A stretch of 64,000 bases of DNA from Antedon mediterranea (GCF_964355755.1 NC_092672.1:3906001-3970000); one strand, 5' to 3'. Counted from the stretch's first letter, positions 38,131-52,540 are shown. Program-made: numbers and translations. Notes: generated by a model from the sequence alone, not told the origin.

Positions 38131-41100
38131 TTTCATGGTATTGATACTAACTATACTCACTAAATTGATTGAAAAAGTGTAAAAATACATTGTTCCAACT
38201 CGATTTGATAGCGACTCTTAACATATTATGTATATATATTCATAATAAAAACTCTTATTATATATAATACTTTACATTTTACATTTTTTCGAATACATAC
38301 CTTTAAATCTCTATATATAATTCCTGCCCTATGTAAAAATGCCAAAGCCATAGACTATGATGATCTCCATGAGTTGCATAATCCATTACTTTAAAACAGA
38401 ACAAACAAAATAAATTATATTATTTGTGGAATAATTGTTTTTTCAAATTGGCTTTACTAATATTTTGTATTTGTAAAATTGATTTTAAGTCCTTATCCAA
38501 GAAGACCACCAGGATTACGGCTGTGGCATGACTTGAACCTGTGCCGATTTTATGGCATAGTTGGTGGCGACCCTACCTTAAACCACTTGGTCACTCAGGT
38601 CAGCTGATTGAACTCTCACATATATATAACTATATCTTTATTTGTGTAAATAAAACACATGTTAAACATAAATATATACATCATCATCTTAAATCCTGAT
38701 ATCTTAATCTGTCATCACACAACTTACAAATTATATATAGCTATCGATATCAATACATATCTGAATTCAACAACAGTTTATCTAGGTATGCAGCTCACAT
38801 AACAGCATCAACATTGGAGAAATGTATGTAACTGATTAAGAATTAACCATTAAGTTTCCATTACAAAAAGGCAAATTGTCCAACAAGAGCTAAATGTTAA
38901 TATGAATGTATCATATAGATATAGAAATAAGAAAAAACTAAAGTATATTTAATATTTATTTTATTTTTAGCTTTGTGGATTTACAGTTTAAAAAAACATG
39001 ATACAAAAAGAGACTATTTAGATGAGGGTACATTAATTGAATTGTAGAACAGGAACGTCAGCACATTCCTGTTAAATTTGAATAAAAACAGTAAACAACA
39101 ATTTGATATTACGTTGTTTCACCAATTACTGTTTAAAGCTCTGTCTACATTATCAAACATTATTTGACAAAAATATGTGATGTGCTCAAATATGGTAGTG
39201 ATAATATGACATAATCATGTCCATATGGGCACATCACATGTCTTGGTCAAAAGTTTGATAGTATAGACAAGTCTTTACTCCACCAAGTAGTCTATGGTTG
39301 ACAAGTATGAGCAGAAGTTAAAATAATATCTGTTGCTTAAGTAACTATTATTTTACATATACCAATCAGGGGAAGATTTAGGCAGGGCTAAACAGGCTTT
39401 ATCCCCCCTTCCCCTAAAATTTAACAGCCATATCTTTTTTAAAAATAAAATTATTCTGCAACCTGACGGATCGTTTTATCATTTATGAAATATTTAGCGC
39501 CCCCCTCCACCGCTGGATCCACCCCTGCTAATCAATATAGGCCTACCATTTACCTAAATTCATTCATGTTCGACATTTTAATCAATTTTTTAACACTGTA
39601 TATTTCTTAATGAACATTTACCAAATAAAAATTTAGACAAATCTAAACTGAAATAGGACATACTTTTTAGCAAATAATTTTAAATAGATACATGAAAAAA
39701 ACAAAAAATATAACCTCATGGCAGAGGTATAACCGTTATATAAAACAAAAATATTTACATATAAAAAAACAACTTATATAAAATGTATAAACAATTCTGA
39801 CAATGTTGGTAATTGTGATGTTGACACATTTGGATGAGCATATTTTTTTAGAAAAAATGGTACAATTGCACAAATTAATGTTGAAAATGAGGTAAACTGT
39901 CAGCATATGTGGAATGCAGGTATGTTTGTGTACAAGCCTTTTTTTTTTATAGCAGTGCTCATTATGTTTCTAGGTATAATTTTAATAATATTTGAAAAAT
40001 CTACTCAAATTAAAAATGTCTATTTAATATATGTTTACAGGGTTTTATTATAACCAGTGGTGACCCCAGGAAATGTCCGAGGGAGGGTAATTAACGACGG
40101 AGACTTGTGGGAATTTCTCTCCAAAGTATTAATACCTATAGTATGATAGTATGATATGTTTTATCAACCAATGCACTTTATTTGAACATTTACTGTAAAT
40201 TCTTGCACCTGATTTGCACAAAAGAAACGTATAAATAATATAAATATAATAATATATATATAAAAAAAACATTTATGAAAACAAAGGTTTGATGGTATTG
40301 TACATTTATACATTGACATATTTACTATACATGGAAATTGAAATATAAATTAAAGGAATGTTGTTTTGGATTAAAAATAAATATTAAAACAGATTGCACG
40401 TAGCAAAACTTGGAAAGTTTTACAATTAAATAATGTAGACTAATAGTACAATAAATCTAACACCAATTTACTATGTTGTTTTGAAGCAACTACAATACAC
40501 CTACTACACCTTCAGGACCCCAAAAAATGTTCCCTTAAAGAAGTATTGTCCCCCAAAACATGAAAAATAAAGATTAATTAAATCAGACTTTGAATATGTT
40601 ATTTGTAGATTTAATAATTCCGTAGAAAAAAACCCGAAAAAAACCCTCAATGTTTTCACTTATAAATTGACAAAATAAATGGTTAAAATCAACCAAAAAC
40701 CCATTGGCTGGCAGCCATTTTGACCACTTTTTCTTTTAAATTACAGGTAAATACATTTTTTTCGATCCAATTTCTGGTCAAAGTGGAACTATTATGTGAC
40801 ATTAAAATGGAATATTCAACAAAAATTTTGTTGAGAATTTTCAGGGGGACAATACATCTTTAATAGGGATGTCCAAAAGGAAGGGTTTTTCTGTATATCT
40901 TTTTTGTAGCTTGTATTAAAGGTCTGTGTGGATTGAAAATCTATATACAGTATGGTTGGTTATCTAATGGTATAAATGTTGCCTTATAGGTTCAAATCTT
41001 ACCAGAGACATTTTTTTTATTTAACAAAATGTTTGAAACTTCTGTTGATATATGAGCTATGTTTGATATACAGTATGTTCCAAAATGAACAGTGTGGTTT

Positions 41101-42524
41101 CTAGTAATGATTATATAGGCCTATTACAATGTATTTATTGGCCTACTATACATGCCATTCTCTACTGTACAATTATATGACTAAATTTTTATTTCAAGGC
41201 CTTTGTAGAAAGATACCACAATTATATGACATTTATTCAGGCTTTTAGTCACGTTTAATACGTCCTTTTTGAAGCAAAAATCAGCTGAATTGGCTCCAGG
41301 CATTCAGTCACTTTGGAGAGTTCACCAGTCAATCCAATCGGCACCAGGCTTTTAGTCTCTGGGGCTTGGTCCTATTAAACACCACACAGCACTGTAATAG
41401 TACCACTAACATTAGACAATAATGCATGTTAGTACTGACCCTTAAATAATCAACGTCGCTACTAAATATAACTTAACCTAACCTTCTCAATATTCCCTTC
41501 TATAGGTAGTGTGTTAGTGGAGTCTATCCTAGAGTCATATAACATCTAAATAAATTCCTGTCATTTGATTGTGGATCACGTGGCGTGCAATAGTACGCAC
41601 TATTAAACGATCGTTTAACAGTACTTTTTTTGTGTACGAAAAAAAAAAAATTTTGTTTTATACTATTGCGTTTGAAATACAACAGCGCCACCTATGTTGT
41701 ACTTTCGCGGCGATTTTAATGTTATGACTGGTTTTTCGCGATGGAAGTACATTTCTGGAGAGATATATGTACTAATTTAGATAAAAAGGCATTTAAATTA
41801 GCTTCAGATCGTTTATAGGATTTTGATTAACTAATGGGAATATCTCTAAAAGATATGAAATCGTTGAAAAAACATAATTAGCCTAGATGAGTTCTAGTTG
41901 CCTGTCAAAGTTTTGCCTTTCAGCCTAGCTAGTAGGCCTGTTAGTACTAGCAAGGTTAAAACATCTAGTTGTTTGGTCGTTTGTTGACATAATTAACACT
42001 AAAGTAGGTGTGTTTATAAAATCCATATAAATATAACATTTAATTTAATATTATAAAACACCAAATGGTACTGTCAATGTGAATCAAATGTAAGCCTAAG
42101 CCTACCTTTTATTTGATTCCAATGACAGGATTCTATTTAGATGTTATATAAAACAAATAATGAATGCTTTATATTCGTAAATGAATATTTGGTGAATGAT
42201 GAAAGGTTATATATCAACTTGACTTCGCCTCGTTGAAATATAACCAGGCTTTCATCATTCACCTCATGCCATTATTTGTACCATTACAATCATAAAAATT
42301 CACTTTTGTATCATTTACAAATAGTGTTGTGTGGTGTTTAGTAGAGGACTAAACAGACTGCCACTCTTTTTGGAGGGCTAAGGGCACTAGTCAATCCAAC
42401 ATGCTCAATAGGCTCCTGCCTTTGGTCTCTCTGGAGTCAGTCCAAATGTTCACATAGCATGAAGAACAATCTTCAAATGAATTCTGATAATGATGATTTA
42501 CTTCATGGCGAATCTGTGTTGTTG

Positions 42525-42563
42525 TTATAAGTCGGTTTCTCTAATCCAATCAAAGTTATCAAA
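42525..42563 (-). pseudogene. RSKR: Terminal coding exon of the kinase, unit 2
   Basis: Same acceptor and FDNFDWIRETDL*. Confidence 0.7.
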
Positions 42564-43449
42564 CTGTAAAATAGAAAATATTATTATTATTATTATTATG
42601 TAATAATTAAAATGTCTAAATCAAAAATAAAAACTTAATATTGACTATTACAACATAATCTACATGAAGACCCTTAAACAAAGGATACATTATATTCATA
42701 TTTGACTACAGTAAGGAACAAAATATGTAACCATCACATCATATTTTGTTTTACATTAATGGGACGAATTATATTAATATTTGAATACAGTAAGAAATAT
42801 GTAAACATAACATCATATTTTGTTTTACATACTACTGTAATGGGACAAATTATATTTATATTTGGCTGGAGTAAATACTACAACATATGCTCTTCAGTGT
42901 AAGAACTGACATGTGTGCGCATACACACTTTTTAAGAAACATGAAGCATCAAGTTGATGGACGTTCAGAAATAGACCAATAAGCATCTTCCTATTATTTT
43001 ACCTAATGGGAAGAATTCTTAATTATCTATGTTCACATGTGAGAGGGAGGTACTTCACAAAAACTGCAGAAGTCATCGGATATTGCAGTTCCGATTAGTA
43101 ATCCGGTTTGAATAGTTCCCTTCCTATATATGTTATTGTAACACAAAGAGCCGGTCTAATAAATGATAACCACATGTACATGTACTTGTTTGTTTGGAAA
43201 AAAACATTTAACAAGTTCGAAAGTCGTGGGAATTGAATGATATGTCCTTTACATTGTGGTATAATATTAGCAAATGGACCAATCAGGGAATGTTCGATTG
43301 CAAAATCACAACATATTGTTTACACGTGAGGAACAGATTTCATCTATAAAAGTCGAGCGAAAATTGAAACTGGATTTATTCATACAACAGCAGATGACAG
43401 GGAAACATCCAGTTTACAGATCAACAGAAAAGACATCCAGAATACAACA

Positions 43450-45840
43450 ATGTATCTCCGGTAAGTAAATTGTTATTTAAGCTTTTAATAATATTGTTTC
43501 GTGTGAAACAGATATTTATTTAGTTAACATTGAGGGCGTCCTTTCTTGTCTCTAATAAACAAGCGTAGATCCAGCATGGCGAGCAGCTGACTCGCATCGA
43601 TGTTTTTATAAGTATTTTAATTCTGTTAATTTACCAGTTTTTAGTAAATATCATTTAGATATTTATACTGTGATGTTTAGGGATCTACCAACTGTTAATC
43701 TGCTTAAGATACTGAACTGAAGTTAATCAGAGACTTGTTTAAATGTTAATTACATCCGGTCAAAGTAAATTGAATTGTGGCGAGGCGGACAGAAGTAAAG
43801 TACAATATCACAACCGATCTTAATGTATGAGTGTTTATTTAACACCATTCAATTCTGTAAAGATTGAATAAAAAACAAAGGTTACAGTAAAAGTCAACCT
43901 GACTAAAAAGCTCATGTAAATATAAAGATGAAACATACATAAAACATTATTTCATTAAAAGAATAATGTTAACTATCTAATGACAAGTCATTATTGAAAG
44001 GGTTGATGATTATGGATGCATTAATCTAATATTGAAATAATGTTTTATGTATGTTTCATCTTTATATTTACATGAGATTTTTAGTCAGGTTGACTTTTAC
44101 TGTAACCTTTGTTTTTTATTCAATCTTTACAGAATTGAATGGTGTTAAATAAACACTCATACATTAAGATCGGTTGTGATATTGTACTTTACTTCTGTCC
44201 GCCTCGCCAAATATTTAGGATGATATTTGGTGCTACTGTACTTTAGCACTGCTACTCTGTACTTTGACATTACTGTCTTTTACTGTAGTACTGATTTGTT
44301 AGAATTCTGTAACCTTCCTTGAACATGTTGGCTGTGGGAAGGAAAAAACAATATTAAAACACACAGAAGGTACAATATGGGTATACTCTAGTTAGGAATG
44401 CAATACAACTGAAGATCATTTAATACAAGTCAATTTCTGTTTAAATATTCTTTTACCATTAATGTTCTATTTAGCATATCTGAAATAATTTTTTTTTATA
44501 CATTAATATTTTGTCACCGATTATTGTAAGGTAAACTGGAGTCCATTCTAAACACAGTTTAATGAGCTGTTAGGATCTCAATGTAATAAGACATTATGTG
44601 ATAGGCTGGCCAATTCCTTTCCATGCCGTATTATGCTTCCTAACATTTTCAATCAGGTACTCATTTACAGCTGAGCTGTTCTTATTGGGAAATTAACTTG
44701 GGTCTTATATCATATTCAAACATCTTGTTAGGCTTAGTTATGTTTTTTCTTTGTACAACAGGACAGCCAGGCTGCTTCTTGGTCCTGAGAATCGTATGTA
44801 GGCTGTGAAATAAAAGGGTTGCAGAATGCTGGCTAATGATGACATCATGATCAGTGTGCAAAACATACTTTGACGAAACTCTGCTAGACAATGACTAATG
44901 GATTGCAACCTTTTTTTTAAATGAAAGGGGTATTTTTATAAATATGGTAGATTGGAAGAGTGCAATTATTACTAAAATTTTTTCGAGGGGAAAAAGTTAA
45001 CTTACAGTTTTTATATTGAATTTCAGATTTAATATGATGTTAACAATTGTGATACAGATTAGTATAATCTATGTCATCAAATCAGCAGCTCAAACCAATT
45101 CTGAAGCTTGTAATAGCTGTTGTACAGCTGGGGTTCCTGGCATTCCAGGAAATCATGGTAATCCAGGTGCAATAGGGCCACAAGGAATGAATGGAATACA
45201 AGGAATGAAAGGAGAACAAGGAATTAATGGAGAACAAGGAATTAATGGAGAACAAGGAATTAATGGAGAACAAGGAATAAAAGGAGAACAAGGATTGAAT
45301 GGAGAACAAGGAATGAAAGGAGATAATGGAAGCAATGGCTTAGATGGGATTCCTGGTAAATTAGGACCAAAAGGACCTCAAGGCCTCATTGGACTACCAG
45401 GTGCAAATGGTGTAAAAGGAGAAAAGGGTGAACAAGCTAGTCAGCAGAAATCTGCTTTTTCAGTAGTTTTTACATCAAACCCAGGTCGTCACGCCATTAG
45501 CCCAATGAAGTACGACACAATAATTTCAAATGTAGGAAATCCCTACAACAAAGAAACAGGAAAGTTTGTCTGTACAATTCCAGGTGTTTATGTATTCCAG
45601 GTGACATCAATGAAATCAACTGGTGGAAAAATTCTAACAGCAATCAAGAAAAATGGGAATATTCAAATGACCACAAGGATGGATGCTGCTGGGTATAATT
45701 CTGCAAGTACAATGGTGGTTCTTGATCTGATATCAGGTGATCAAGTATGGACTGAGCCATATAATTCAGGCACTAACTATTATCAAAGTGACAGCAACAG
45801 ATACTGCTCATTTTCTGGTTTCTTACTTTATGCAGCATAA
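43450..45840 (+). CDS. Secreted collagen + C1q-domain protein, copy 3, intact
   Basis: Exons 43450-43460 and 45027-45840; open frame; the intron carries a 715-bp insertion. Confidence 0.95.
43495..44209. mobile_element. 715-bp insertion in the C1q copy 3 intron, ending in a 177-bp-arm hairpin
   Basis: TSD AATAT(T); empty site TAATAATATTTAGGAT in the other C1q introns; arms 43778-43954 and 44033-44209. Confidence 0.88.
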
Positions 45841-47511
45841 AGTAAACATACAAATACATGTATTGCTTTAATCAATTAATTTGCAAATAGGCATAAAAAA
45901 AAGGGTAAAAAATCAGACTTTGAATACTGTAGGCTATTTTGCAGTTTTAATTAATCACTTCCATAGAAGAACAAATGTTAAAAATAATGCTTTTACTTAT
46001 AAAAAAACCCCCCAAATATACAGTTAAATTTAACCACAAACCCATTGGCTGGCAGGAAATTCACCTATTTCCACCCCACCCATTTTTGGTCAAAGTAAAT
46101 AACTATTACATTAACATTTTCTTTTAGAAAGGTTAGTGATTTTTTATGTGAATTTTACTTACCAGTTAAAAAATTATAGATTTAACATTTATTTCATTCA
46201 AACTAAATGTTGTAAGTATATTTTAGAAATAAAAATATTAATATTCCGTATTTTGAGTGGATCATTATGTTGAACTATGAACTATATATGGTATAATTGT
46301 TTATGTGAGGGGAGAAAGTTGGATAAAAATCAAAGCCTCTTCTTTTTTTTAAAGTTTTTAATTCTTTGCTTGGCACACTTTATTTTATAAAATTCATATG
46401 AATCATAATATTGCTCATGACGACACTGGAAACCAGTTTGTTACAACTCGACATATAACTTTGCATAAAATATAAAACAGAACTGAACGTTAGAGGAAAC
46501 ATACCGTTAGAGGAAACAATAAACTCTGATAAAAAGAATTAAATATTTGACATACTACAAAAAATGCACTAAACATAAAAGAAAACATAACAAAATGGTA
46601 AAAAATACTGAAGAAGATTTTGAAAACTATGAAAACTAGAGAAATAAAAACACCTCCAAAATATTTAGACGAATTATATACCAAAGAAATATGAAGAGGC
46701 TTAAAAACAGGATAAATCATATTAATATTGACTACAGTAAGAAACAAAATATGTAAACATAACATTTACATATGTTGTTTTACATACTGTAATGGGATGA
46801 ATAATATTAATATTTGAGTACAGTAAGAAATATGTTAATATAACATTAAATATTCTGTTTTACATACTCTGTATGTGGGACAAATTATATAAATATTTGA
46901 CTACATTTACATATTTTGTTTTGCATACTACTGTAATGGACAAATTATATTTATGTTTGGCTGGAGTAAGTAACAATGCTCTTCAGTGTAAGAACTGACA
47001 TGAATGCGCATACACACTTTTTAAGAAACACGAAGCATCAAGTTGATTGACGTTCAGAAATAGACCAATCAGTATCTTCCTATTATTTTACCTGATGGGA
47101 AGAATTAGTAATTATCTATGTTCACATGTGAGAGGGAGGTAACTTCACAAAAACTGCGGAAGTCATCGGATATTGAAGTTTTGATTAGTAATCCGGTTTG
47201 AATATGTTCCCTTTCCTAATGTTATTTTAACACAAAGAGCCGGTCTAATAAAGGTACTTGTTTGTTTAAAAAAAAACATTTAACAAGTTCAAAAGTCGTG
47301 GGAATCGCATGATATGTCCTGTATAATATCAGCAAATGGACAAATTAGGGAGTTTTCGATTGAAAAATGACAACATATTGTTTACACGTGAGGAACAGAT
47401 TTCATCTATAAAAGTCGAGTGAAAATTGAAACTGGATTTATTCATACAACAGCAGATGACAGGGAAACATCCAGTTTACAGATCAACAGAAAAGACATCC
47501 AGAATACAACA

Positions 47512-49291
47512 ATGTATCTCCGGTAAGTAAATTGTTATTTTAGCTTTTAATAATATTTAGGATATTTGGTGCTACTGTACTTTGGCACTGCTACTCTGTA
47601 CTTTGACATTACTGTCTTTTACTGTAGTACTGATTTGTTAGAATTCTGTAACCTTCCTTGTATATGTTGCCGGTGGGAAGGAAAAAACAATATTAAAACA
47701 CACAGAAGGTACAATATGGGTGTACTCCAGTTAGGAATGCAATACAACTGAAGATCATTTAATACAAGTCAATTTCTGTTTAAATATTCTTTTACCATTA
47801 ATGTTCTATTTAGCATATCTGAAATCATTTTTTTTTATACATTAACATTTTGTCACCGATTATTGTAAGGTAAACTGGAGTCCATTCTAAACACAGTTTA
47901 ATGAGCTGTTAAGACTTAGCATTATGTGTTTCCACGCTGTATTATCCTTCCTAACATGTACTCATTTACAGCTGAGCTGTTCTTATTGGGAAATTAACTT
48001 GGGTCTTATACTGTATAATATCATATTCAAACTTTTTGTTAGGCTTAGTTATGTTTTTTCTTTGTACAACAGGACAGCCAGGCCGCTTCTTGATCTTGGG
48101 AATCTTATGTAGGCTGTGAAATAAAAGGGTTGCAGAATGCTGGCTAATGATGACATCATGATCAGTGTGCAAAGCTAACTTTGACGAAACTCTGCTAGAC
48201 AATGACTAATGGATTGCAACCTTTTTTAAAAATTTAATAAAAAGGGTATTTTTATAAGTATGGTAGATACTGTATGATGCAATTATTACTAAAATGTGTT
48301 AAAAAAGTTAACATACAGTTTTTATATTGAATTTCAGATTTAATATGATGTTAACAATTGTGATACAGATTAGTATAATCTATGTCATCAAATCAGCAGC
48401 TTAAACCAATTCTGAAGCTTGTAATAGCTGTTGTACACCTGGGGTTCCTGGTATTCCAGGAAATCATGGTAATCCGGGTGTGTCAGGGCCACAAGGAATG
48501 AAGGGAGAACAAGGAATGAAAGGAGAACAAGGAATGAATGGAGTGAAAGGAGAACAAGGAATGAATGGAGAACAAGGATTGAATGGAGAACAAGGATTGA
48601 AAGGAGAACAAGGATTGAATGGAGAACAAGGAATGAATGGAGAACAAGGATTGAATGGAGAACAAGGATTGAATGGAGAACAAGGAATGAATGGAGAACA
48701 AGGAATGAAAGGAGAACAAGGAATGAAAGGAGACCCGGGAATGAAAGGAGAACAAGGAATAACAGGAGATGATGGAAGGAATGGCTTAGATGGGTCTCCT
48801 GGAAAGTTAGGACCAACTGGACCTCAAGGCCTCATTGGATTACCAGGTGCAAATGGTGTAAAGGGAGAAAAGGGTGAACAATCTAGTCAGAAGAAATCTG
48901 CTTTTTCAGTAGTTTTTACTACAGACCCAGGTCATCATGCCATTAGCCCAATGAAGTACGACACAATAATTACAGATGTAGGAAATCACTACAACAAAGA
49001 AACAGGCAAGTTTGTCTGTACAATTCCAGGTGTGTATATGTATTCCAGGTGACATCAATGAAATCAAGTGGTAGTGGTAAAATTTTAACAAGAATCATGA
49101 AAAATGGCAATAATCAAATGTCTGCATGGATGAGTGCTTCAGGGTTTAATTCTGTAAGCACAATGGTGGTTCTTGATCTGATATCAGGTGATCAAGTATG
49201 GACTCAACCCAAAGGTTCAAGCTATAACTATTACTACAGTAACAGTGACAGATTCTGCTCATTTTCTGGTTTCTTACTTTATGCAGCATAA
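47512..49291 (+). pseudogene. C1q-domain gene copy 4, disrupted
   Basis: Exons 47512-47522 and 48338-49291. CAA>TAA at 48402-48404 just after the signal peptide, plus a +2 frameshift near 49034-49040 (GGTGTGTATATGTATTC vs GGTGTTTATGTATTC). Confidence 0.9.
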
Positions 49292-50684
49292 AGTAAACAT
49301 ATACAAATACTTGTATTGTTTTAAACAATTAATTTGCAAATGGCAAGTCAAACTATACAAATGTCACAAGCTAAATTACTATTAATTAAAATGTATTGTC
49401 CCCCAAAACATGAAAATTCCAGTTAAAAATATAGATATAACATTTATTTCAAAACTAAATCTTATAAGTATATTTCAGAAATAAAAATATTAATATTCAG
49501 TATTTTGAGTGGATCATTATGTTGAACTATGACCTATGGTATAATTGTTTATGTGAGGTGAGAAAGTTTGGAAAAAAATCAAAGCCTTCTATTTTTTAAA
49601 GTTTTGAATTCTTTCCTTTTATAAAATTCATATGAATCACAATATTGCTCATGACGACACTGGAAACCAGTTTGTTACAACTTGACATATAACTTTGCAT
49701 AAAATATCAAAAAGAACTGAACATACCACCCTTAGAGGAAACAATAAATTATGATAAAACAAATTAAATATTTAAAATACTACAAAAAATGCACTAAACA
49801 TAAACGAAAACATGACAAAATGGTAAAAAGTACTGAAGAGGATTTTGAAAACTATGAGAACTACAGAAATAAAAACACCTCCAAAATATTTAGACGAATT
49901 ATATACCAATGAAACATGAAGAGGCTTAAAAACAGGATAAATCATATTCATATTGACTACAGTAAGAAACAAAATAATAATATGTAAACATAACATTTAC
50001 ATATTCTGTTTTACATATTTATACTGTATGTGGGACAAATTTTATAAATATTTGACTAAATTTACACATTTTGTTTTAATACTACTGTAATGGGACAAAT
50101 TATATTTATATTTGGCTGGAGTAAATAACTACAACATATGCTCTTCCGTGTAAGGACTTGTGACATGAATGCGCATACACACTTTTTAAGAAACATGAAG
50201 CACCCAGTTGATTGACGTTCAGAAATAGACCAATCAGCATCTTCCTATTATTTTACCTAATGGGAAGAATTATTGATTATCTATGTTCACATGTGAGAGG
50301 GAGGTAGTTTATTGAACTTCACAAAAACTGCGGAAGTCATCGGATATTGAAGTTTCGATTAGTAATCCGGTTTAAATAGATCCCTTTCCTAATGTTATTG
50401 TAACACAAAGAGCCGGTCTAATAAAGGTACTTGTTTGTTTAAAAAAAAACATTTAACAAGTTCAAAAGTCATGGGAATCGCATGATATGTCCTGTATAAT
50501 ATCAGCAAATGGACAAATTAGGGAGTTTTCGATTGCAAAATGACAACATATTGTTTACACGTGAGGAACAGATTTCATCTATAAAAGTCGAGTGAAAATT
50601 GAAACTGGATTTATTCATAGAACAGCAGATGACAGGGAAACATCCAGTTTACAGATCAACAGAAAAGACATTCAGAAAACAACA

Positions 50685-52540
50685 ATGTATCTCCGGTAAG
50701 TAAATTGTTATTTTAGCTTTTAATAATATTTAGGATGATATTTGGTGCTACTGTACTTTATCACTGCTACTCTGTACTTTGACATTACTGTCTTTTACTG
50801 TAGTACTGATTTGTTAGAATTTTGTAACCTTCCTTGAACATGTTGGCTGTGGGAAGGAAAAAACAATATTAAAACACACAGAAGGTACAATATGCGTGTA
50901 CTCCAGTTAGGAATGCAATACAACTGAAGATCATTTAATACATGTCAATTTCTGTTATTCTTTTACCATTGTGTTCTATAAGCCTATCTGAGATTATTTT
51001 ATTATATACATTAACATTTGATGTGAAATTATTGTAAGGTAAACTGGAGTCCTGTGTTCATTCTGAACAAAGTGAAATGAGCTATTAGGAGCTCAATGTA
51101 ATAAACCTTAGCATTATGTGGTAGGATGGCCAGTTCCTTTCCACGCTACCTCATCCTTCCTAGAATTTTCAATCAGGTACTCATTTACAGATGAGTTGTT
51201 CTTATCGGGAAATTAAATTGGTTCTTTCTGTATGATAGTCAAGTGTCCAACCACTCAGCTACCAAACTTCTTCGGCTAACAAATTATTATAAATATCATA
51301 TTTAAAACTTCTTGTTGGGCTTAGTTATGTTGTTTCCTTGTACAACTGGACAGCTTATTGCTTCAGGGAGAATCGTATGTAGGCTGTGAAATAAAAGGAT
51401 TACAGAATGCTGGCTGATGAACATACTTTGAAAAAACCCTGCTTGACAATGATTGATTCCAAACATTTTTTTTACAAAACTTTAATACGGGGTATTTTTT
51501 GCTTCATTTTGATATAAACAAGTTTGGTTGATAAGAGTGTAATTATTACTGAATGTGTTAAGGGGTATAATTAATAATAACATACAGTGTTTATATTGAA
51601 TTTCAGATTTAATATGATATTAACAATGGTGATACAGATTAGTATAATCTATGTCATCAAATCAGCAGCTCAAACCAATTCTGAAGCTTGTAATAGCTGT
51701 TGTACAGCTGGGGTTCCTGGAATTCCAGGACATCATGGTAATCCAGGTGCCTCTGGGCCACAAGAAATGAATGGAGAACAAGGAATAAAAGGAGAACAAG
51801 GAATGAATGGAGTGAAAGGAGAACAAGGAATGAATGGAGAACAAGGATTGAAAGGAGAACAAGGATTGAATGGAGAACAAGGATTGAATGGAGAACAAGG
51901 ACTGAAAGGAGAACAAGGATTGAATGGAGAACAAGGATTGAAAGGAGAACAAGGATTGAAAGGAGAACAAGGAATGACAGGAGACCCGGGAATGAAAGGA
52001 GAACAAGGAATAACAGGAGATGATGGAAGGAATGGCTTAGATGGGTCTCCTGGAAAGTTAGGACCAACTGGACCTCAAGGTATTGTTGGATTACCAGGTG
52101 CAAATGGTGTAAAGGGAGAAAAGGGTGAACAATCTAGTCAGCAGAAATCTGCCTTTTCAGTAGTTTTTACATCTAACCCAGGTCGTCATGCCGTTAGTCC
52201 AATGAAGTAAGACACAATAATTACAGATGTAGGAAATCATTACAACAAAGAAACAGGCAAGTTTGTCTGTGCAATTCCAGGTGTTTATGTATTCCAGGTG
52301 ACATCAATGAAATCAAGTGGTAGTGGTAAAATTCTAACAAGAATCATGAAAAATGGGAGTTTTCAAGTGTCCACAAGGATGGATCCTGCTGGGTATAATT
52401 CTGCAAGCACAATGGTGGTTCTTGATCTGATATCAGGTGATCAAGTATGGTCTCAGCCAGGTAGTTCAAACACTAACTATTACCTCAGTGACATCAACAG
52501 ATACTGCTCATTCTCTGGTTTCTTACTTTATGCAGCATAA
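50685..52540 (+). pseudogene. C1q-domain gene copy 5, premature stop early in the globular domain
   Basis: Exons 50685-50695 and 51607-52540. TAC>TAA at 52208-52210; the frame continues intact after the stop; one collagen Gly is replaced (GPQEMN). Confidence 0.85.

Larger units (their letters stand above)
36480..38388 (-). pseudogene. RSKR: Degraded duplicate of the same RSKR-type kinase exons (unit 1)
   Basis: Exons 38301-38388 (61-bp deletion between two CCAT repeats relative to 54756-54820), 37007-37124 (LLDE>LLYE) and about 36486-36632 (3' end deleted). Confidence 0.85.

Noticed and set aside
43495-43510. TGTTTCGTGTGAAACA resembling bacterial parS
   Set aside because: Single imperfect match at a mobile-element end in animal DNA; no supporting context.
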